64,000 nucleotides of DNA from a bacterium (GTDB lineage: Bacteria; Zhuqueibacterota; Zhuqueibacteria; Residuimicrobiales; Krinioviventaceae), in contig CAXXFV010000016.1 of NCBI GenBank assembly GCA_963674595.2, positions 288,001 to 352,000 on the forward strand, read 5' to 3'. The notes under the pieces are model-generated. The model had not been told where the DNA came from, ran no database searches, and worked only from the letters and a program-made list of their open reading frames with translations. This document shows positions 29,912-42,449 of this stretch, in pieces. The stretch's first letter is position 1; each line of letters starts with the position of its first letter. The position numbers were made by a program, and so were the translations under genes.

Positions 29912-30933
29912 CAGGCTATTCCTGCCGTTTCTTCAAATCCGAGCATGATATTCATGTTTTGTACGGCCTGCCAACTGGCGCCTTTGCCGATGTTATCAAT
30001 GGCCGAAAATAATATAACCGTGTTGGTGTCGGGCACAGCGGCGGCGCTTATAAAACAAAAGTTTTTATTAGCCGGCATTTTAGCTGACGGCGGTTGATTT
30101 TCCAGTACCTGAACAAAGGGTTCGTTTTGATAGGCTTTTGTTAATATGTCCAAAACCTGTTGTGTCGATTGGCTGGTTTTTGTTTTGACATAAATTGTCG
30201 AAAACAGTCCTCTGCTTATTGGTGTCAGATGCGGGGTGAAAATGACGTTCAATTTTTCATTTCCGAACTTGAACAACTGGTCTTCCATTTCACCAACATG
30301 CCTGTGGACCCGGCCAAATTTATAGGGCGTCAGGTTTTCATTGGCTTCCACATAATGTGTCATTTTAGTTGGTGATTTTCCTGCACCGGAAACACCTGAT
30401 TTTGCATCGACTATAACCGGGTCTTGTGTTAAAAGTCCGGCTTTTGCCAAAGGAATCGTTGCCAGCAATACGCTCGTCGGATAACATCCGGGATTCCCTA
30501 TAATATCAGCCATTTTAATTTTTTCTCTGTTCCATTCCGGTAATCCGTATGCTGCGTTTTGCAATAATTCCGGATCGGCATGGTCCATTGCATACCATTT
30601 TTTATATTCTTGCGGATCGTCAAAACGAAAATCTGCTCCGAGGTCGACAACTTTACAGGATTTGGAAAAAACCTGGGCCCACTTTACAGACTCTCCTGCG
30701 GGAAGGCATAGAAAAACAAGGTCGACCTTTTCATTCGCAGAATCATTGACGGATTGAAATTTCATATTCTTATAATAGGGCAAAGAAGGAAAAATGTCCG
30801 TTACGTTTTTTCCTGCTTCGCTTTCTGATGTAACAAAAGAAACATCGGCATTGGGGTGCCAGGCAAGAATCCTTAAAAGTTCTTCACCGGTATAACCTGT
30901 CGCACCGATAATACCAATTTGTTTTTTATTCAT
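29911..30933 (-). CDS. argC: N-acetyl-gamma-glutamyl-phosphate reductase
   Basis: GATGYTG.EL, DLGADFR, YGLPE, NPGCYPT, SGVSGAG, HRH..E, DN..KGA. Confidence 0.96.
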   Translation of the reverse strand: MNKKQIGIIGATGYTGEELLRILAWHPNADVSFVTSESEAGKNVTDIFPSLPYYKNMKFQSVNDSANEKVDLVFLCLPAGESVKWAQVFSKSCKVVDLGADFRFDDPQEYKKWYAMDHADPELLQNAAYGLPEWNREKIKMADIIGNPGCYPTSVLLATIPLAKAGLLTQDPVIVDAKSGVSGAGKSPTKMTHYVEANENLTPYKFGRVHRHVGEMEDQLFKFGNEKLNVIFTPHLTPISRGLFSTIYVKTKTSQSTQQVLDILTKAYQNEPFVQVLENQPPSAKMPANKNFCFISAAAVPDTNTVILFSAIDNIGKGASWQAVQNMNIMLGFEETAGIA

Positions 30934-30950
30934 ATTAAAAAATCCATAAT

Positions 30951-31799
30951 CTATTTGTTATTGTTGATAATACTGTTTTTCTCCAAAAGATGAGAAAGTT
31001 CTTTTGACTTGTTTGTTGCTGTTTCAACTGCGCGAATAAGCATGGGACGAAGACCGCTTGATTCCAACTCTTTAATGGCTGAAATAGCGGTTCCGCCGGG
31101 CGTGGTAACCTGGTCTTTTAAAACGGCCGGGTGAACGCCCGTTTCACGGACCAGCTTGGCTGAGCCGAGAACCGTCTGTGTGGCCAAACGTGTCGCAACA
31201 TCTCTGGGTAAACCCATCATAACGCCGCCGTCTGTTAATGCTTCAATAATCATATAAATATAGGCGGGACCACTGCCGCTCAATCCGGTGATAATGTCCA
31301 TTTGGTATTCGTTTACAACTTCAACTTCGCCGACTGCTTTAAAAATTTGAATGGCTAATTGTTTGTGTATTTCTGTGGCAAACTCTCCCAGACAAATTCC
31401 GGACGCACCTTCGTCAACCACAGCCGGAATGTTGGGCATAACCCGAACGATCGGATTGTTTTTTTCAAGCGCTTTGTTATAGGTTTTTGTTGTAATACCG
31501 GCAAGAATTGAAATAAGTAATTGCTCAGAGTTTAATTCCTTTTTAATCTCCGATAACACATCACCAATTGTTTGCGGTTTTACACATATAAGAATAATAT
31601 CGGCATTTTTTACGGCCTTTTTGTTATCGCTTGTTATATTTACGCCCCATTTTTTTTGAATATATTCAAGGCGCTCTTCACGAATGTCTGTTGAAATAAT
31701 ATTTTCAGGATTTGTTAACTTTGATTTTAGGAGACCTCCTAAAAGGGCCTCAGCCATGTTTCCGGTTCCGATAAAGGCAATTTTTTTACTAAATAACAC
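30951..31799 (-). CDS. proC: Pyrroline-5-carboxylate reductase
   Basis: FIG.GNM, VKPQ, RVMPN, SGSGPAY, VTTPGGT. Confidence 0.95.
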   Translation of the reverse strand: MLFSKKIAFIGTGNMAEALLGGLLKSKLTNPENIISTDIREERLEYIQKKWGVNITSDNKKAVKNADIILICVKPQTIGDVLSEIKKELNSEQLLISILAGITTKTYNKALEKNNPIVRVMPNIPAVVDEGASGICLGEFATEIHKQLAIQIFKAVGEVEVVNEYQMDIITGLSGSGPAYIYMIIEALTDGGVMMGLPRDVATRLATQTVLGSAKLVRETGVHPAVLKDQVTTPGGTAISAIKELESSGLRPMLIRAVETATNKSKELSHLLEKNSIINNNK

Positions 31800-31808
31800 G
31801 TTAATCTC

Positions 31809-33023
31809 CTAAGTTGTATATTCCGCATTTATTTTTACGTAATCGTATGTCAGGTCACAGGTGTATACGGTTGCTTCAGCACTGCCTGAACCCAGTGATA
31901 CGTTAATTTCGATTTCTTTATTTTTTAATGCAGCAAACATTTTTTCTTTATCATATTTTATCGCCTGGCCGTTGTCGGCAACAGGAATGCCCGCAAATGT
32001 TATTTTAAATGCATTTGGGTCTATTTTAGCCTGACTTTTTCCCAAAGCCGCTACTACACGGCCCCAATTGGGATCGTGGCCGAATATAGCTGTTTTTACC
32101 AGCATCGAGTTGGCAATTTCTTTTGCCGCTTTCAGAGCTTCCTGTTGTGTATTGGCCTGGTTAATTGTTACTGTAACGAATTTTGTGGCGCCCTCACCAT
32201 CTGCTGCCAATGCTTTGGTAATTTCAAGACAGATGGATTCAAGGGCATCTGTAAATTTATTAAAATTTTCATCTTTACTGGTTATTTGTTTGTTTCCGCA
32301 TTGACCGTTTGCCAATAAAAAGACAGCATCGTTGGTACTCATGTCGCCATCTATTGTCAAAGCATTTAAGGTACGGGGAATGACTTTATTCAGAGCTGAT
32401 TGCAGCATGTCGGCATCGATATCCACATCCGTTGTCAGGATACAAATCATTGTCGCCATATTGGGATTAATCATTCCGCTGCCCTTGGCCATGGATCCGA
32501 TCCGTGCTTTTTTACCGTCAAGCTCAAATTCGACGGCAAAATATTTCGCATAGGTGTCCGTGGTCATTATAGCTTCGGCAGCTTCTATACCACCCTGATC
32601 TTTAATGGCGCTGCAAGCTTTAACAATTCCTGAACGAACTGTTTCCATGGGCAGGGGAACACCAATAACACCGGTAGAAGATACCAAAACCATATCTTCA
32701 GACATGCCGAGGCAGCCGGCAGTCACCGTAGCCATTTCCTGTGTGTCTTTATATCCCTGGTCTCCGGTACAGGCGTTGGCATTTCCGCTATTAATTATTA
32801 ATGCTTGTGCTTTTTTATTTTTAATAATTTTTTTACTAAATAGAACACAAGCCGCCGGAAGAGTGCTTGTTGTAAACACAGCCGCACATTGCGCTGGTAC
32901 ATCACTTGTTACAAGGGCAAGGTCCTTACCCGATTTTTTTATACCGGCAACAATTCCACTCGCTTTAAAACCAAACGGAAAAGTTACGGAACTTTTTTGT
33001 ATATCAAAAGCGTTTTTATTCAT
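31809..33023 (-). CDS. argJ: Ornithine acetyltransferase / N-acetylglutamate synthase
   Basis: NSGNANACTG, STGVIG, IMTTDT, KGSGMI.PNMATM, DGEGATK, DPNWGR, YV.INA.Y. Confidence 0.96.
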   Translation of the reverse strand: MNKNAFDIQKSSVTFPFGFKASGIVAGIKKSGKDLALVTSDVPAQCAAVFTTSTLPAACVLFSKKIIKNKKAQALIINSGNANACTGDQGYKDTQEMATVTAGCLGMSEDMVLVSSTGVIGVPLPMETVRSGIVKACSAIKDQGGIEAAEAIMTTDTYAKYFAVEFELDGKKARIGSMAKGSGMINPNMATMICILTTDVDIDADMLQSALNKVIPRTLNALTIDGDMSTNDAVFLLANGQCGNKQITSKDENFNKFTDALESICLEITKALAADGEGATKFVTVTINQANTQQEALKAAKEIANSMLVKTAIFGHDPNWGRVVAALGKSQAKIDPNAFKITFAGIPVADNGQAIKYDKEKMFAALKNKEIEINVSLGSGSAEATVYTCDLTYDYVKINAEYTT

Positions 33024-33096
33024 TCATGTTCTCGAAAATATTTTAAAAAATTATATATTGTTACTGTGGAAAATATTAGTATTGATGAAAGCGTAA

Positions 33097-33188
33097 CCCC
33101 ATAACCCCTTCCTACCAATTTACCGGTGAGGGGAAATGGGGACCATACGGATTGGGTAATAGCGGTCCCTGCGCGGAGAATAGTGCAG
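33097..33188. other. GC-rich intergenic element with three adjacent stems, unclassified
   Basis: CCCCAT/ATGGGG with inner CCCCT/AGGGG; GGGACC/GGTCCC; CTGCGC/GTGCAG. Confidence 0.5.
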
Positions 33189-33198
33189 CAAAATATAT

Positions 33199-34779
33199 TT
33201 AATCATTCGATTTATTGTCTTTCATTAATTTATAACTGATAGAGTCAACAAGGGCCTGCCAACTTGCCTCAATAATGTTTTCGGAAACACCAACAGTTCC
33301 CCACACGTCTTGTTCGTCGGTTGATTCGATAAGCACACGAACTTTGGCAGCGGTCGCCTTGTCACTATCTAAAACTCGAACCTTGTAATCTACTAATTTT
33401 AATTTTATTAATGAAGGATAAAATTTTTCCAATGCTTTTCGTAAAGCTTTATCAAGTGCGTCTACCGGTCCGTGTCCTTCAGCAGCCGTGTGCTCTTGTT
33501 CATTGCCGACATGCAGTTTCATAATAGCTTCGGAATAGAGCGCACCGTTTTCACGTTTATCAATGGTTACACGGGCAGAATCCAGTGTAAAAAAGTCTTT
33601 AAAGTTGCCGGTAGATTTTTGCACCAAAACTTCAAATGAACCGTCTGCACCTTCAAACTGGTAGCCGAGATGTTCAAGTTCCTTAAGTTTTTGAACGATA
33701 GTTAGTACCTCTTCCCGGTTACTGGAAAGGTCCAGGCCCATTTCTTTTGCTTTAACCAGAACATTGCTCTGACCGGATTGATCAGATACAAGGACCCGCT
33801 GATGGTTGCCAACCAGTTCAGGTTCTATATGTTCATAGGTCTTTCGGTTTCTAAGAATGGCACTTACGTGAATACCGCCTTTATGGGCAAATGCACTGTT
33901 GCCAACAAACGGCGCTTCTTCACGGTGAGGCAGATTTGCAATTTCACTCACATATCTGGAAATTTTTGTCAGACTTTTTAAATCCAGTTTGGGCGAAATA
34001 TCTATTGATGATTTTAATCCGGCGTTGGCGATAACAGAGCATAAATTTGCGTTACCGCATCGTTCTCCGTATCCGTTTATCGTTCCCTGAACATGACAAA
34101 CATTATGCTCAATGGCTAACAGACTGTTGGCAACAGCCAGGTCAGAATCGTTATGCGCGTGAATGCCAAGCGGAATATCAAGATTCATATTTTGAACTGT
34201 TTTAATAATTTCTGCGCATTTAGAGGGCAATGTTCCGCCGTTTGTATCACATAACACCAGGCAATCGGCACCAGCCTGAGCTGCTGTTTGAAGTGTTTTT
34301 AACGCATATTCCGGATTTTCAATATAACCGTCAAAAAAGTGTTCAGCGTCGTAAATGACTTCTTTTTTATTGTCTTTTAAATAAGATATGGAATCTCTAA
34401 TGATTTCAAGATTTTGTTCCAGAGTGGCCCGCAATCCTTCAATAACATGAAGATCCCATGATTTTCCAAAAATTGTTACAACGGGTGTATCTGCCTTTAA
34501 TAAAAGACTTATATTTTCATCTTCCGATACTTTAGCCTTTACTCTGCGGGTACTGCCGAATGCTGCAATTTTAGCATTTTGCCATTCCATGGTTTTGGCA
34601 ATGTTGAAAAATTCCATGTCTTTTGGATTGGATCCCGGCCAGCCGCCTTCGATATAATCAACGCCAAATTTGTCCAGTTTTTTGGCGATGTTTATTTTAT
34701 CGTTCGCTGAAAAGGAGATTCCTTCACTTTGAGATCCATCTCTTAATGTCGTGTCGTAAACGACCAATAAATTAGACAT
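33199..34779 (-). CDS. cimA: Citramalate synthase
   Basis: [55 protein letters not shown]. Confidence 0.93.
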   Translation of the reverse strand: MSNLLVVYDTTLRDGSQSEGISFSANDKINIAKKLDKFGVDYIEGGWPGSNPKDMEFFNIAKTMEWQNAKIAAFGSTRRVKAKVSEDENISLLLKADTPVVTIFGKSWDLHVIEGLRATLEQNLEIIRDSISYLKDNKKEVIYDAEHFFDGYIENPEYALKTLQTAAQAGADCLVLCDTNGGTLPSKCAEIIKTVQNMNLDIPLGIHAHNDSDLAVANSLLAIEHNVCHVQGTINGYGERCGNANLCSVIANAGLKSSIDISPKLDLKSLTKISRYVSEIANLPHREEAPFVGNSAFAHKGGIHVSAILRNRKTYEHIEPELVGNHQRVLVSDQSGQSNVLVKAKEMGLDLSSNREEVLTIVQKLKELEHLGYQFEGADGSFEVLVQKSTGNFKDFFTLDSARVTIDKRENGALYSEAIMKLHVGNEQEHTAAEGHGPVDALDKALRKALEKFYPSLIKLKLVDYKVRVLDSDKATAAKVRVLIESTDEQDVWGTVGVSENIIEASWQALVDSISYKLMKDNKSND

Positions 34780-34797
34780 GATACACCCTCCGCAACA

Positions 34798-35883
34798 CTA
34801 TGATAGTAGTTTTTTAACATTGTCAACGAGTAATTGTCCCATTTCTTTTGTTGTGACAACCTTTGAATCTGTTGCCGCAATATCTTTTGTCCTGAAACCC
34901 TGGTTCAAAACGTTGGATATTGCATCTTGTATGGCATCCGCTTCTTTTAATCGTGAAAAAGAGTGTTGAAGCATCATGGCTATAGAAGCGATTGTCGCAA
35001 TGGGATTGGCAATATTTTGTCCGGCAATATCCGGGGCAGAACCGTGAACAGGTTCATAAAGACCGGAACCATCGCCAAGACTGGCTGAAGGCAACATACC
35101 CAACGAGCCGGTCAACATTGAAGCTTCGTCACTTAATATGTCGCCAAACATATTACCCGTCAGAATAACATCAAACTGTTTTGGCCAGCGAATGAGCTGC
35201 ATGGCACAGTTATCCACATACATGTGGTCAAGTTGAACCTCTGGATATTCGCGGGCGGTTTGCATAACAATTTTTCGCCAGTATTGTGAAACTTCAAGCA
35301 CATTGGCTTTGTCGACAGACATGACTTTTTTATTTCGTTTCATGGCAGCATCAAATGCAACTTTGGCTATACGTTCCACTTCATGCTCAGAATAAACCAT
35401 TGTATTATAACCGCTACCTTTTTCATTATCAATACCACGTGGCTGACCGAAATAGATACCGCCGGTGAGTTCCCGAATAATAAGAATGTCAATACCTTCT
35501 ACCAGCTCTTTTTTCAGACTTGAAGCATCAACAAGACTTGGGTATACTTTTGCCGGACGAAGATTTGCATAGAGCCCCAAACCTTCGCGCAAACCTAACA
35601 GGCCCCGTTCCGGGCGCATATCTGAAGGCATGTTGTCCCAGCGTGGATCACCAATAGCGCCTAAAAGAACAGCATCACTGTTTTTACATGTTTCCAGGGT
35701 TTCTGCCGGTAATGGATTGGAATATTTTTCCAGCGCAATGCCGCCAACTTCAGCATAAACCAGCTCAACTGTAAAATCACTTGAATCTGCAACCGCTTGT
35801 AAAACATTAACTGCCTGTGAAACTACTTCCGGGCCTATACCGTCACCCGGCAAAACTGCAACTTTATAATTATCTTTTTTCAT
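34798..35883 (-). CDS. leuB: 3-isopropylmalate dehydrogenase
   Basis: [46 protein letters not shown]. Confidence 0.97.
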   Translation of the reverse strand: MKKDNYKVAVLPGDGIGPEVVSQAVNVLQAVADSSDFTVELVYAEVGGIALEKYSNPLPAETLETCKNSDAVLLGAIGDPRWDNMPSDMRPERGLLGLREGLGLYANLRPAKVYPSLVDASSLKKELVEGIDILIIRELTGGIYFGQPRGIDNEKGSGYNTMVYSEHEVERIAKVAFDAAMKRNKKVMSVDKANVLEVSQYWRKIVMQTAREYPEVQLDHMYVDNCAMQLIRWPKQFDVILTGNMFGDILSDEASMLTGSLGMLPSASLGDGSGLYEPVHGSAPDIAGQNIANPIATIASIAMMLQHSFSRLKEADAIQDAISNVLNQGFRTKDIAATDSKVVTTKEMGQLLVDNVKKLLS

Positions 35884-36386
35884 ACAAAACCACGTTGTTT
35901 TATCCAGTTCATTAATCCATCAGAGTTCATGAGTTCTTTCATGAATTCCGGAAATTGTGTCGAATTAAAATTTTGGCCGGACGGATGATGAGTCACCTGG
36001 CCGTTTTCAAAATCTATGGTAATTTCATCACCTTCTTTAACCATATCATACGCTTCGGTGCATTCAACAATCGGTAGACCGATGTTGATGGCGTTGCGAT
36101 AAAATATTCGTGCAAAACTTTTGGCAACAACACAGGCAATACCCGCCGCTTTAATGGCGATGGGTGCGTGCTCACGTGATGATCCGCAGCCGAAATTTTT
36201 TCCGGCAACAATAATATCACTTGGTTTTACTTTATTTGGAAAGTCTTCATCAGCATCAACCATGCAATATTTTGCCAGTTCATCAGGATCAAATGTATTT
36301 AAATAACGGGCAGGAATAATCAAATCTGTATTAATGTCGTCATCAAATATCCATACCCGGCCTTTTACTTGTTTTTCCATAGTCAT
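35880..36386 (-). CDS. leuD: 3-isopropylmalate dehydratase small subunit
   Basis: [25 protein letters not shown]. Confidence 0.96.
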   Translation of the reverse strand: MTMEKQVKGRVWIFDDDINTDLIIPARYLNTFDPDELAKYCMVDADEDFPNKVKPSDIIVAGKNFGCGSSREHAPIAIKAAGIACVVAKSFARIFYRNAINIGLPIVECTEAYDMVKEGDEITIDFENGQVTHHPSGQNFNSTQFPEFMKELMNSDGLMNWIKQRGFV

Positions 36387-36403
36387 TCTCTTTGTTAAAA
36401 TTT

Positions 36404-37657
36404 TTATAATGAATCCGGACCGGAGATAACGCCGTTAATGCCGGTTGCTGCGGCAACGGCCGGACTTGCTAAATAAACCTGACTTTTGGTGCTGCCCATT
36501 CTTCCAACAAAATTACGATTTGTTGTCGCCAGGGCTACTTCACCTTCTGCGAGAATACCCATGTGTCCGCCAAGACAGGGTCCGCAGGTTGGTGTTGAAA
36601 CCACTGCACCGGCCTGTACAAAAGTTTGTACCAAACCTTCTTCAATGGCCTGAAGGTAAATATCCTGAGTTGCCGGAAAAACAATAAAACGCAAATCATT
36701 ATGCACTTTTTTGCCTTTTAACAATTCCGCAGCAACCCGCAAATCCTCAATTCGTCCGTTTGTACAGGAACCAAGAACAACCTGGTCCACTTTGATGTCA
36801 TTTAGCGCGCTTACCGGCTTTGTGTTTGACGGCAAGTGCGGACAGGCAACTGTCGGTTCCATAGTGCTGACATCAAATTCCAGGGTTTGTTCGTATTCGG
36901 CATCTGCGTCCGGTTCAAAAATTTTAATTTCTCTTTTTGCACGTCCGTTATAATAGGCCTTTGTTTTTTCGTCTGCTGCAAAAATACCGTTTTTTGCTCC
37001 AGCCTCAATGGCCATGTTTGCCATTGTTAGCCGGCCTTCAACGGACATGTTTTCAATGGCCTGACCAGAAAATTCCAATGATTTATATAAAGCGCCGTCT
37101 ACACCGATTTGTCCGATCAGGTAGAGAATGAGGTCCTTACCGCTCAACCACTTGGGCATTTTGCCATTAAAAACGACTTTGATCGAAGTGGGTACTTTGA
37201 ACCAGGTTTCTCCTGTTATCATTGCGGCTGCCAGGTCTGTGCTGCCGACACCGGTCGAAAATGCACCAATAGCTCCATAGGTACATGTGTGAGAGTCTGC
37301 ACCGATAATGCAGTCACCCGGCACGACAAGGCCCTGTTCCGGCAATAAAGCATGTTCAATACCAACCCGGCCCATTTCGAAAAAGTTGACAATGTTATGT
37401 TCTCTGGCAAACTCACGCATCAGCTTGACCTGTTCCGCAGATTTTATATCCTTATTGGGTGTAAAATGATCCGGAACCAGGGCAATACGCGTATTGTCAA
37501 AGACTTTTTTTGCGCCAATTTTACGAAATTCTGAAATGGCCGGCGGAGCAGTTATATCGTTTGCGAGAATAAAATCCAGTTTGACGGTAATCAGATCACC
37601 CGGAGTAATTTTGTCCTTACCCGCATGTGCTGCTAAAATTTTTTCTGTTAATGTCAC
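36404..37657 (-). CDS. leuC: 3-isopropylmalate dehydratase large subunit
   Basis: [32 protein letters not shown]. Confidence 0.96.
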   Translation of the reverse strand: MTLTEKILAAHAGKDKITPGDLITVKLDFILANDITAPPAISEFRKIGAKKVFDNTRIALVPDHFTPNKDIKSAEQVKLMREFAREHNIVNFFEMGRVGIEHALLPEQGLVVPGDCIIGADSHTCTYGAIGAFSTGVGSTDLAAAMITGETWFKVPTSIKVVFNGKMPKWLSGKDLILYLIGQIGVDGALYKSLEFSGQAIENMSVEGRLTMANMAIEAGAKNGIFAADEKTKAYYNGRAKREIKIFEPDADAEYEQTLEFDVSTMEPTVACPHLPSNTKPVSALNDIKVDQVVLGSCTNGRIEDLRVAAELLKGKKVHNDLRFIVFPATQDIYLQAIEEGLVQTFVQAGAVVSTPTCGPCLGGHMGILAEGEVALATTNRNFVGRMGSTKSQVYLASPAVAAATGINGVISGPDSL

Positions 37658-37659
37658 TT

Positions 37660-39195
37660 TTATAACTCCGCTTGTATAGTACGCTGTTGCAGATGCAACA
37701 TTCTGTTTATAGCATTTAAATAAGCTTGAATGCTCGCTTCAATAACGTCAGTGCTTGTGCCGCGGCCAAGGAATTGTTCGCCGTTTTTTTGGATTCTAAC
37801 AATAACTTCACCCATAGCGTCTTTTCCGCCGGTTACGCCCCGAAGCGAATAATCTTTCAGCTTGAGATCAACCTTAACTATTTTATCAATGGCTTTGTAT
37901 GCTGCATCTACAGGACCATCACCAACAGCGGCTTCTTTAAAAGATTGGTCCTGATATTTTAAACTGAGTGTTGCAGTTGGTAGAGCCTGGTTACCGCTTA
38001 AAATATGAAAATACTCCAGATGGTATACTTCGTCAACTTCTTTGGATTCAGCGCCGACAAGTGCTATCAAATCTTCATCAAAGACTTCTTTCTTTTTATC
38101 GGCGACCTCTAAAAATCGTTGATAAACACTGTCCAGTTCTTCCTTTGGAAGATTATATCCAAGATCAGTTAACCGTTGTTTAATACCATGACGACCGGAG
38201 TGACGGCCAAGTACAATTTTGTTCGAATCCAGACCAACTTCGTCTGGTGTCATAATTTCATAGGTGCTGGCGTCTTTAATGACGGCATCCTGGTGAATTC
38301 CGGATTCATGAGCAAATGCATTTGCTCCAACAATTGCTTTGTTGGGCTGGACCGGAATGCCCATCAGACTGCTGACCATTCGACTGGTATGAATAATTTC
38401 TTTGGTGTTGATGTTGGTAATTTTGTTATAAAAATTCTGTCTTGTTTTTAAAGACATAACAACTTCTTCAAGAGAAGCATTACCAGCCCGTTCACCAATA
38501 CCGTTTATAGTGACTTCAACCTGTTGGGCGCCGTTTCGAACGGCTGCCAGTGTGTTGGCGACGGCCAAACCAAGATCATTATGACAATGGACGCTTAATA
38601 TCGCTTTATTCATATTTGGTACTTTTTCACGAATTTCACGGATTAGAGAACCAAATTCTTCGGGATTTGAATATCCAACCGTATCCGGGATGTTGATTGT
38701 TGTGGCACCTGCATTAATAGCCGTTTCTACAATGCGAAACAAAAATTCCCTTCCTGTCCGTGCGGAATCTTCTGGTGAAAATTCAATATCATCACAATAT
38801 TTTTTCGCGCGTTCAATACCGGCAACCGCCATTGCAAGAACATCATCTTCAGATTTTTTAAATTTTTTCTCAAGATGTATTTTTGAAGTTGCAACAAAGG
38901 TATGAATTCTGGGTTTTTTTGCACCTTTTAGCGCCTCTCCGGCTCTGTCTATGTCTAGTTCTACACATCGAGCCAGTGCACAAATAACAGGACCTTTTAC
39001 CTGTTTTGCAATTAGTTGTGTGGCTTCAAACTGAGCATCGGAAGAAACAGGAAAACCTGCTTCGATTACATCAACTTGTAAACGGGACAATTGGTGGGCA
39101 ATTGCCACTTTTTCAGGTACGTCAAGGCTGGCGCCCGGAGATTGTTCTCCATCACGCAGTGTTGTGTCAAAAACCAGAATACGGTTGTTATCCAT
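37660..39195 (-). CDS. leuA: 2-isopropylmalate synthase
   Basis: [37 protein letters not shown]-terminal regulatory domain. Confidence 0.96.
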   Translation of the reverse strand: MDNNRILVFDTTLRDGEQSPGASLDVPEKVAIAHQLSRLQVDVIEAGFPVSSDAQFEATQLIAKQVKGPVICALARCVELDIDRAGEALKGAKKPRIHTFVATSKIHLEKKFKKSEDDVLAMAVAGIERAKKYCDDIEFSPEDSARTGREFLFRIVETAINAGATTINIPDTVGYSNPEEFGSLIREIREKVPNMNKAILSVHCHNDLGLAVANTLAAVRNGAQQVEVTINGIGERAGNASLEEVVMSLKTRQNFYNKITNINTKEIIHTSRMVSSLMGIPVQPNKAIVGANAFAHESGIHQDAVIKDASTYEIMTPDEVGLDSNKIVLGRHSGRHGIKQRLTDLGYNLPKEELDSVYQRFLEVADKKKEVFDEDLIALVGAESKEVDEVYHLEYFHILSGNQALPTATLSLKYQDQSFKEAAVGDGPVDAAYKAIDKIVKVDLKLKDYSLRGVTGGKDAMGEVIVRIQKNGEQFLGRGTSTDVIEASIQAYLNAINRMLHLQQRTIQAEL

Positions 39196-39206
39196 AATAA
39201 ATCCTC

Positions 39207-40232
<1,026 letters not shown>

Positions 40233-40239
40233 TCATAAT

Positions 40240-40728
40240 TTACGGTTGAACGTTAGAATCTCTGACCATCGCCACGGTACCGGTCCGGGCTGTTTCTTTA
40301 ATGCCGAATGTTTTAACTGTTTCGAGAAAGGCATTGATTTTCGCTTCGCTTCCGGTAAGTTCAAAAGTTAGCGACCGGTTGCTGATATCGACAACTTTGG
40401 CCCGAAAAATGTTTGCAATTTGTGAAGCCTCTCCTCGTTTCGCCGGGGAACAGGCAATTTTTACAAGAACAAGTTCACGTGCAACAAAATCTTTGCCTGT
40501 TACATCCGATACACGGATGACATCAATTAGTTTGTTGAGTTGTTTGGTGACCTGTTCAATGACCCAATCGTCCCCGCGGACAACCAGGGTCATAGATGAT
40601 GAGCCGTCTGATCTTGGCAGACCGACTGTCAGGCTTTCGATATTATAACCACGTGCGCTAAAAAGTCCTGCTATACGGGCTAATATGCCTGCCTGGTTTT
40701 CTACTTCTAAATTAATAATGTGTCTCAT
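40240..40728 (-). CDS. ilvN: Acetolactate synthase regulatory subunit
   Basis: ACT domain GLFSARGYNIESL, KQLNKL.DV, REL.LVK, ARTG. Confidence 0.95.
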   Translation of the reverse strand: MRHIINLEVENQAGILARIAGLFSARGYNIESLTVGLPRSDGSSSMTLVVRGDDWVIEQVTKQLNKLIDVIRVSDVTGKDFVARELVLVKIACSPAKRGEASQIANIFRAKVVDISNRSLTFELTGSEAKINAFLETVKTFGIKETARTGTVAMVRDSNVQP

Positions 40729-42449
40729 TACGCCATACCTCTAATCATTTGATGAATAGGAGCCCCAGCCGGGACCATTGGATAGACATTTTCTTCGTTA
40801 TCTATAATAAATTCGACGACAACCGGTCCTTTGGTTTGCAGAGCTTTTTTAAGGACAGGTAAGACGTCTTCCTGTTTATCGGCAAAGAGTCCGGTAGCGC
40901 CATAAGCTTCGGCGAGTTTGGAAAAATTTGGTATATATGCTTGCGGGCAATTTTCACCGGACTGATCGCACTGAGGCGGACAGTTGATATTTCTTCTCAA
41001 ACAGATGGACGAGAACCTTCTGTCATAAAAGATGGCCTGCCATTGTCTGACCATACCCAGGGAATGGTTGTTAAGGATGATGATCTTGACAGGCAGTTGA
41101 TAAAGCACGGCGGTCGCGAGTTCCTGAATATTCATTTGAATGCTTCCGTCGCCGGCGATATCGATAACGGTTTTTTCGGGGTGAGCGATTTGTGCGCCGA
41201 TGGCCGCCGGGAATCCGTAACCCATGGTTCCGAGTCCGCCTGAAGAGATAAAGGTCCTTGGTTTGATAAAGTTAAAGAACTGGGCGGTCCACATCTGGTT
41301 TTGCCCGACTTCTGTGGTGATGATGGCATCGTGTTTTGTCAGTTCAGCGACTTTTTCAATAACATATTGTGGTTGAATATGGCCGTTATCGCCGTATTTC
41401 AGAGCATGATCGTTTTTCCAGTTTTGAACTTGCTGCGTCCATTCCGTATTTTTTTTCTCAGTAACGATTTTATTGAGTTCATTAAGAACGTTTTTAACGT
41501 CCCCGACGACCGGCAGAAAGACCTTGACGTTTTTCCTGATGGTCGTTGGGTCGATGTCGATATGAACGATTTTTGCATTAGGCGCGAATTTGCTGACTTT
41601 GCCTGTAACTCTGTCGTCAAAGCGGACGCCGATAGCAATGAGGAGGTCGGCTTCCTGAATGGCATAATTGGCATATTCGGTCCCGTGCATGCCGATCATT
41701 TTAAGGGCATTTGGGTGGTCTTCGGGAAATGTACCGAGTCCCATAAGAGATGTTGTTACAGGTGCGTCAATTTTTGCAGCCAGGGTTTTGAGCTGTTCGG
41801 AAGCTTCGCTTGAAATAACGCCGCCGCCTGCAAAGATAACAGGTTTATGTGCAGCATCAATGGCTTTGGCCACTTTTTTGATTTGTTGAATATGACCCTG
41901 CATGGTTGGTTTGTAGCTGGGAATATCAACGGAATCGGGATAGGGGATTAATGTTTTGGCCTGCTGAATATCCTTGGGTATATCGATGAGCACCGGTCCC
42001 GGTCTGCCGCTTTTTGCAATCATAAAAGCGGATTTGAGGATGTGAGGCAGCTCATCAACGTTTTTAACGAGATAGTTGTGTTTTGTAATAGACCGGCTGA
42101 TACCGACCATGTCGGCTTCCTGAAAGGCATCATTACCGATAAGGTGAGTAGAAACCTGGCCGGTAATAGCGACAATAGGGATGGAATCCATGTGAGCAGT
42201 TGCAAGACCTGTAACAATGTTTGTTGCGCCAGGTCCGGATGTAGCAATACAAACACCGACTTCACCTGAAGCCCGTGCGAACCCGTCTGCTGCATGGATG
42301 GCTCCCTGTTCATGGCGTGTCAGGTAAAAAGGAACCTCACCATCATATAACAGATTGAAAATATCAATAACGGCTGCTCCCGGGTATCCAAAAATTGCTC
42401 TGACATTTTCCGCTTTAAAAGCATGTATTATTAATTCTGCACCAGTCAT
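40728..42449 (-). CDS. ilvB: Acetolactate synthase large subunit, downstream copy
   Basis: FGYPG, RHEQGA.H.ADG.AR, TSGPGATN, RFDDRVTG, GDGS..MN, GMVRQWQ. Confidence 0.96.
   Translation of the reverse strand: MTGAELIIHAFKAENVRAIFGYPGAAVIDIFNLLYDGEVPFYLTRHEQGAIHAADGFARASGEVGVCIATSGPGATNIVTGLATAHMDSIPIVAITGQVSTHLIGNDAFQEADMVGISRSITKHNYLVKNVDELPHILKSAFMIAKSGRPGPVLIDIPKDIQQAKTLIPYPDSVDIPSYKPTMQGHIQQIKKVAKAIDAAHKPVIFAGGGVISSEASEQLKTLAAKIDAPVTTSLMGLGTFPEDHPNALKMIGMHGTEYANYAIQEADLLIAIGVRFDDRVTGKVSKFAPNAKIVHIDIDPTTIRKNVKVFLPVVGDVKNVLNELNKIVTEKKNTEWTQQVQNWKNDHALKYGDNGHIQPQYVIEKVAELTKHDAIITTEVGQNQMWTAQFFNFIKPRTFISSGGLGTMGYGFPAAIGAQIAHPEKTVIDIAGDGSIQMNIQELATAVLYQLPVKIIILNNHSLGMVRQWQAIFYDRRFSSICLRRNINCPPQCDQSGENCPQAYIPNFSKLAEAYGATGLFADKQEDVLPVLKKALQTKGPVVVEFIIDNEENVYPMVPAGAPIHQMIRGMA

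Noticed and set aside
33006-33025. ARG-box-like AATGAATAAAAACGC at the argJ start
   Set aside because: Explained by the codons M-N-K-N-A in AT-rich DNA; no tandem box and no argR in the window
33091-33190. Possible tRNA-Sec, T-box or HDV-like ribozyme
   Set aside because: No UCA anticodon arm or T-arm, no T-box consensus, and I could not build the nested pseudoknot
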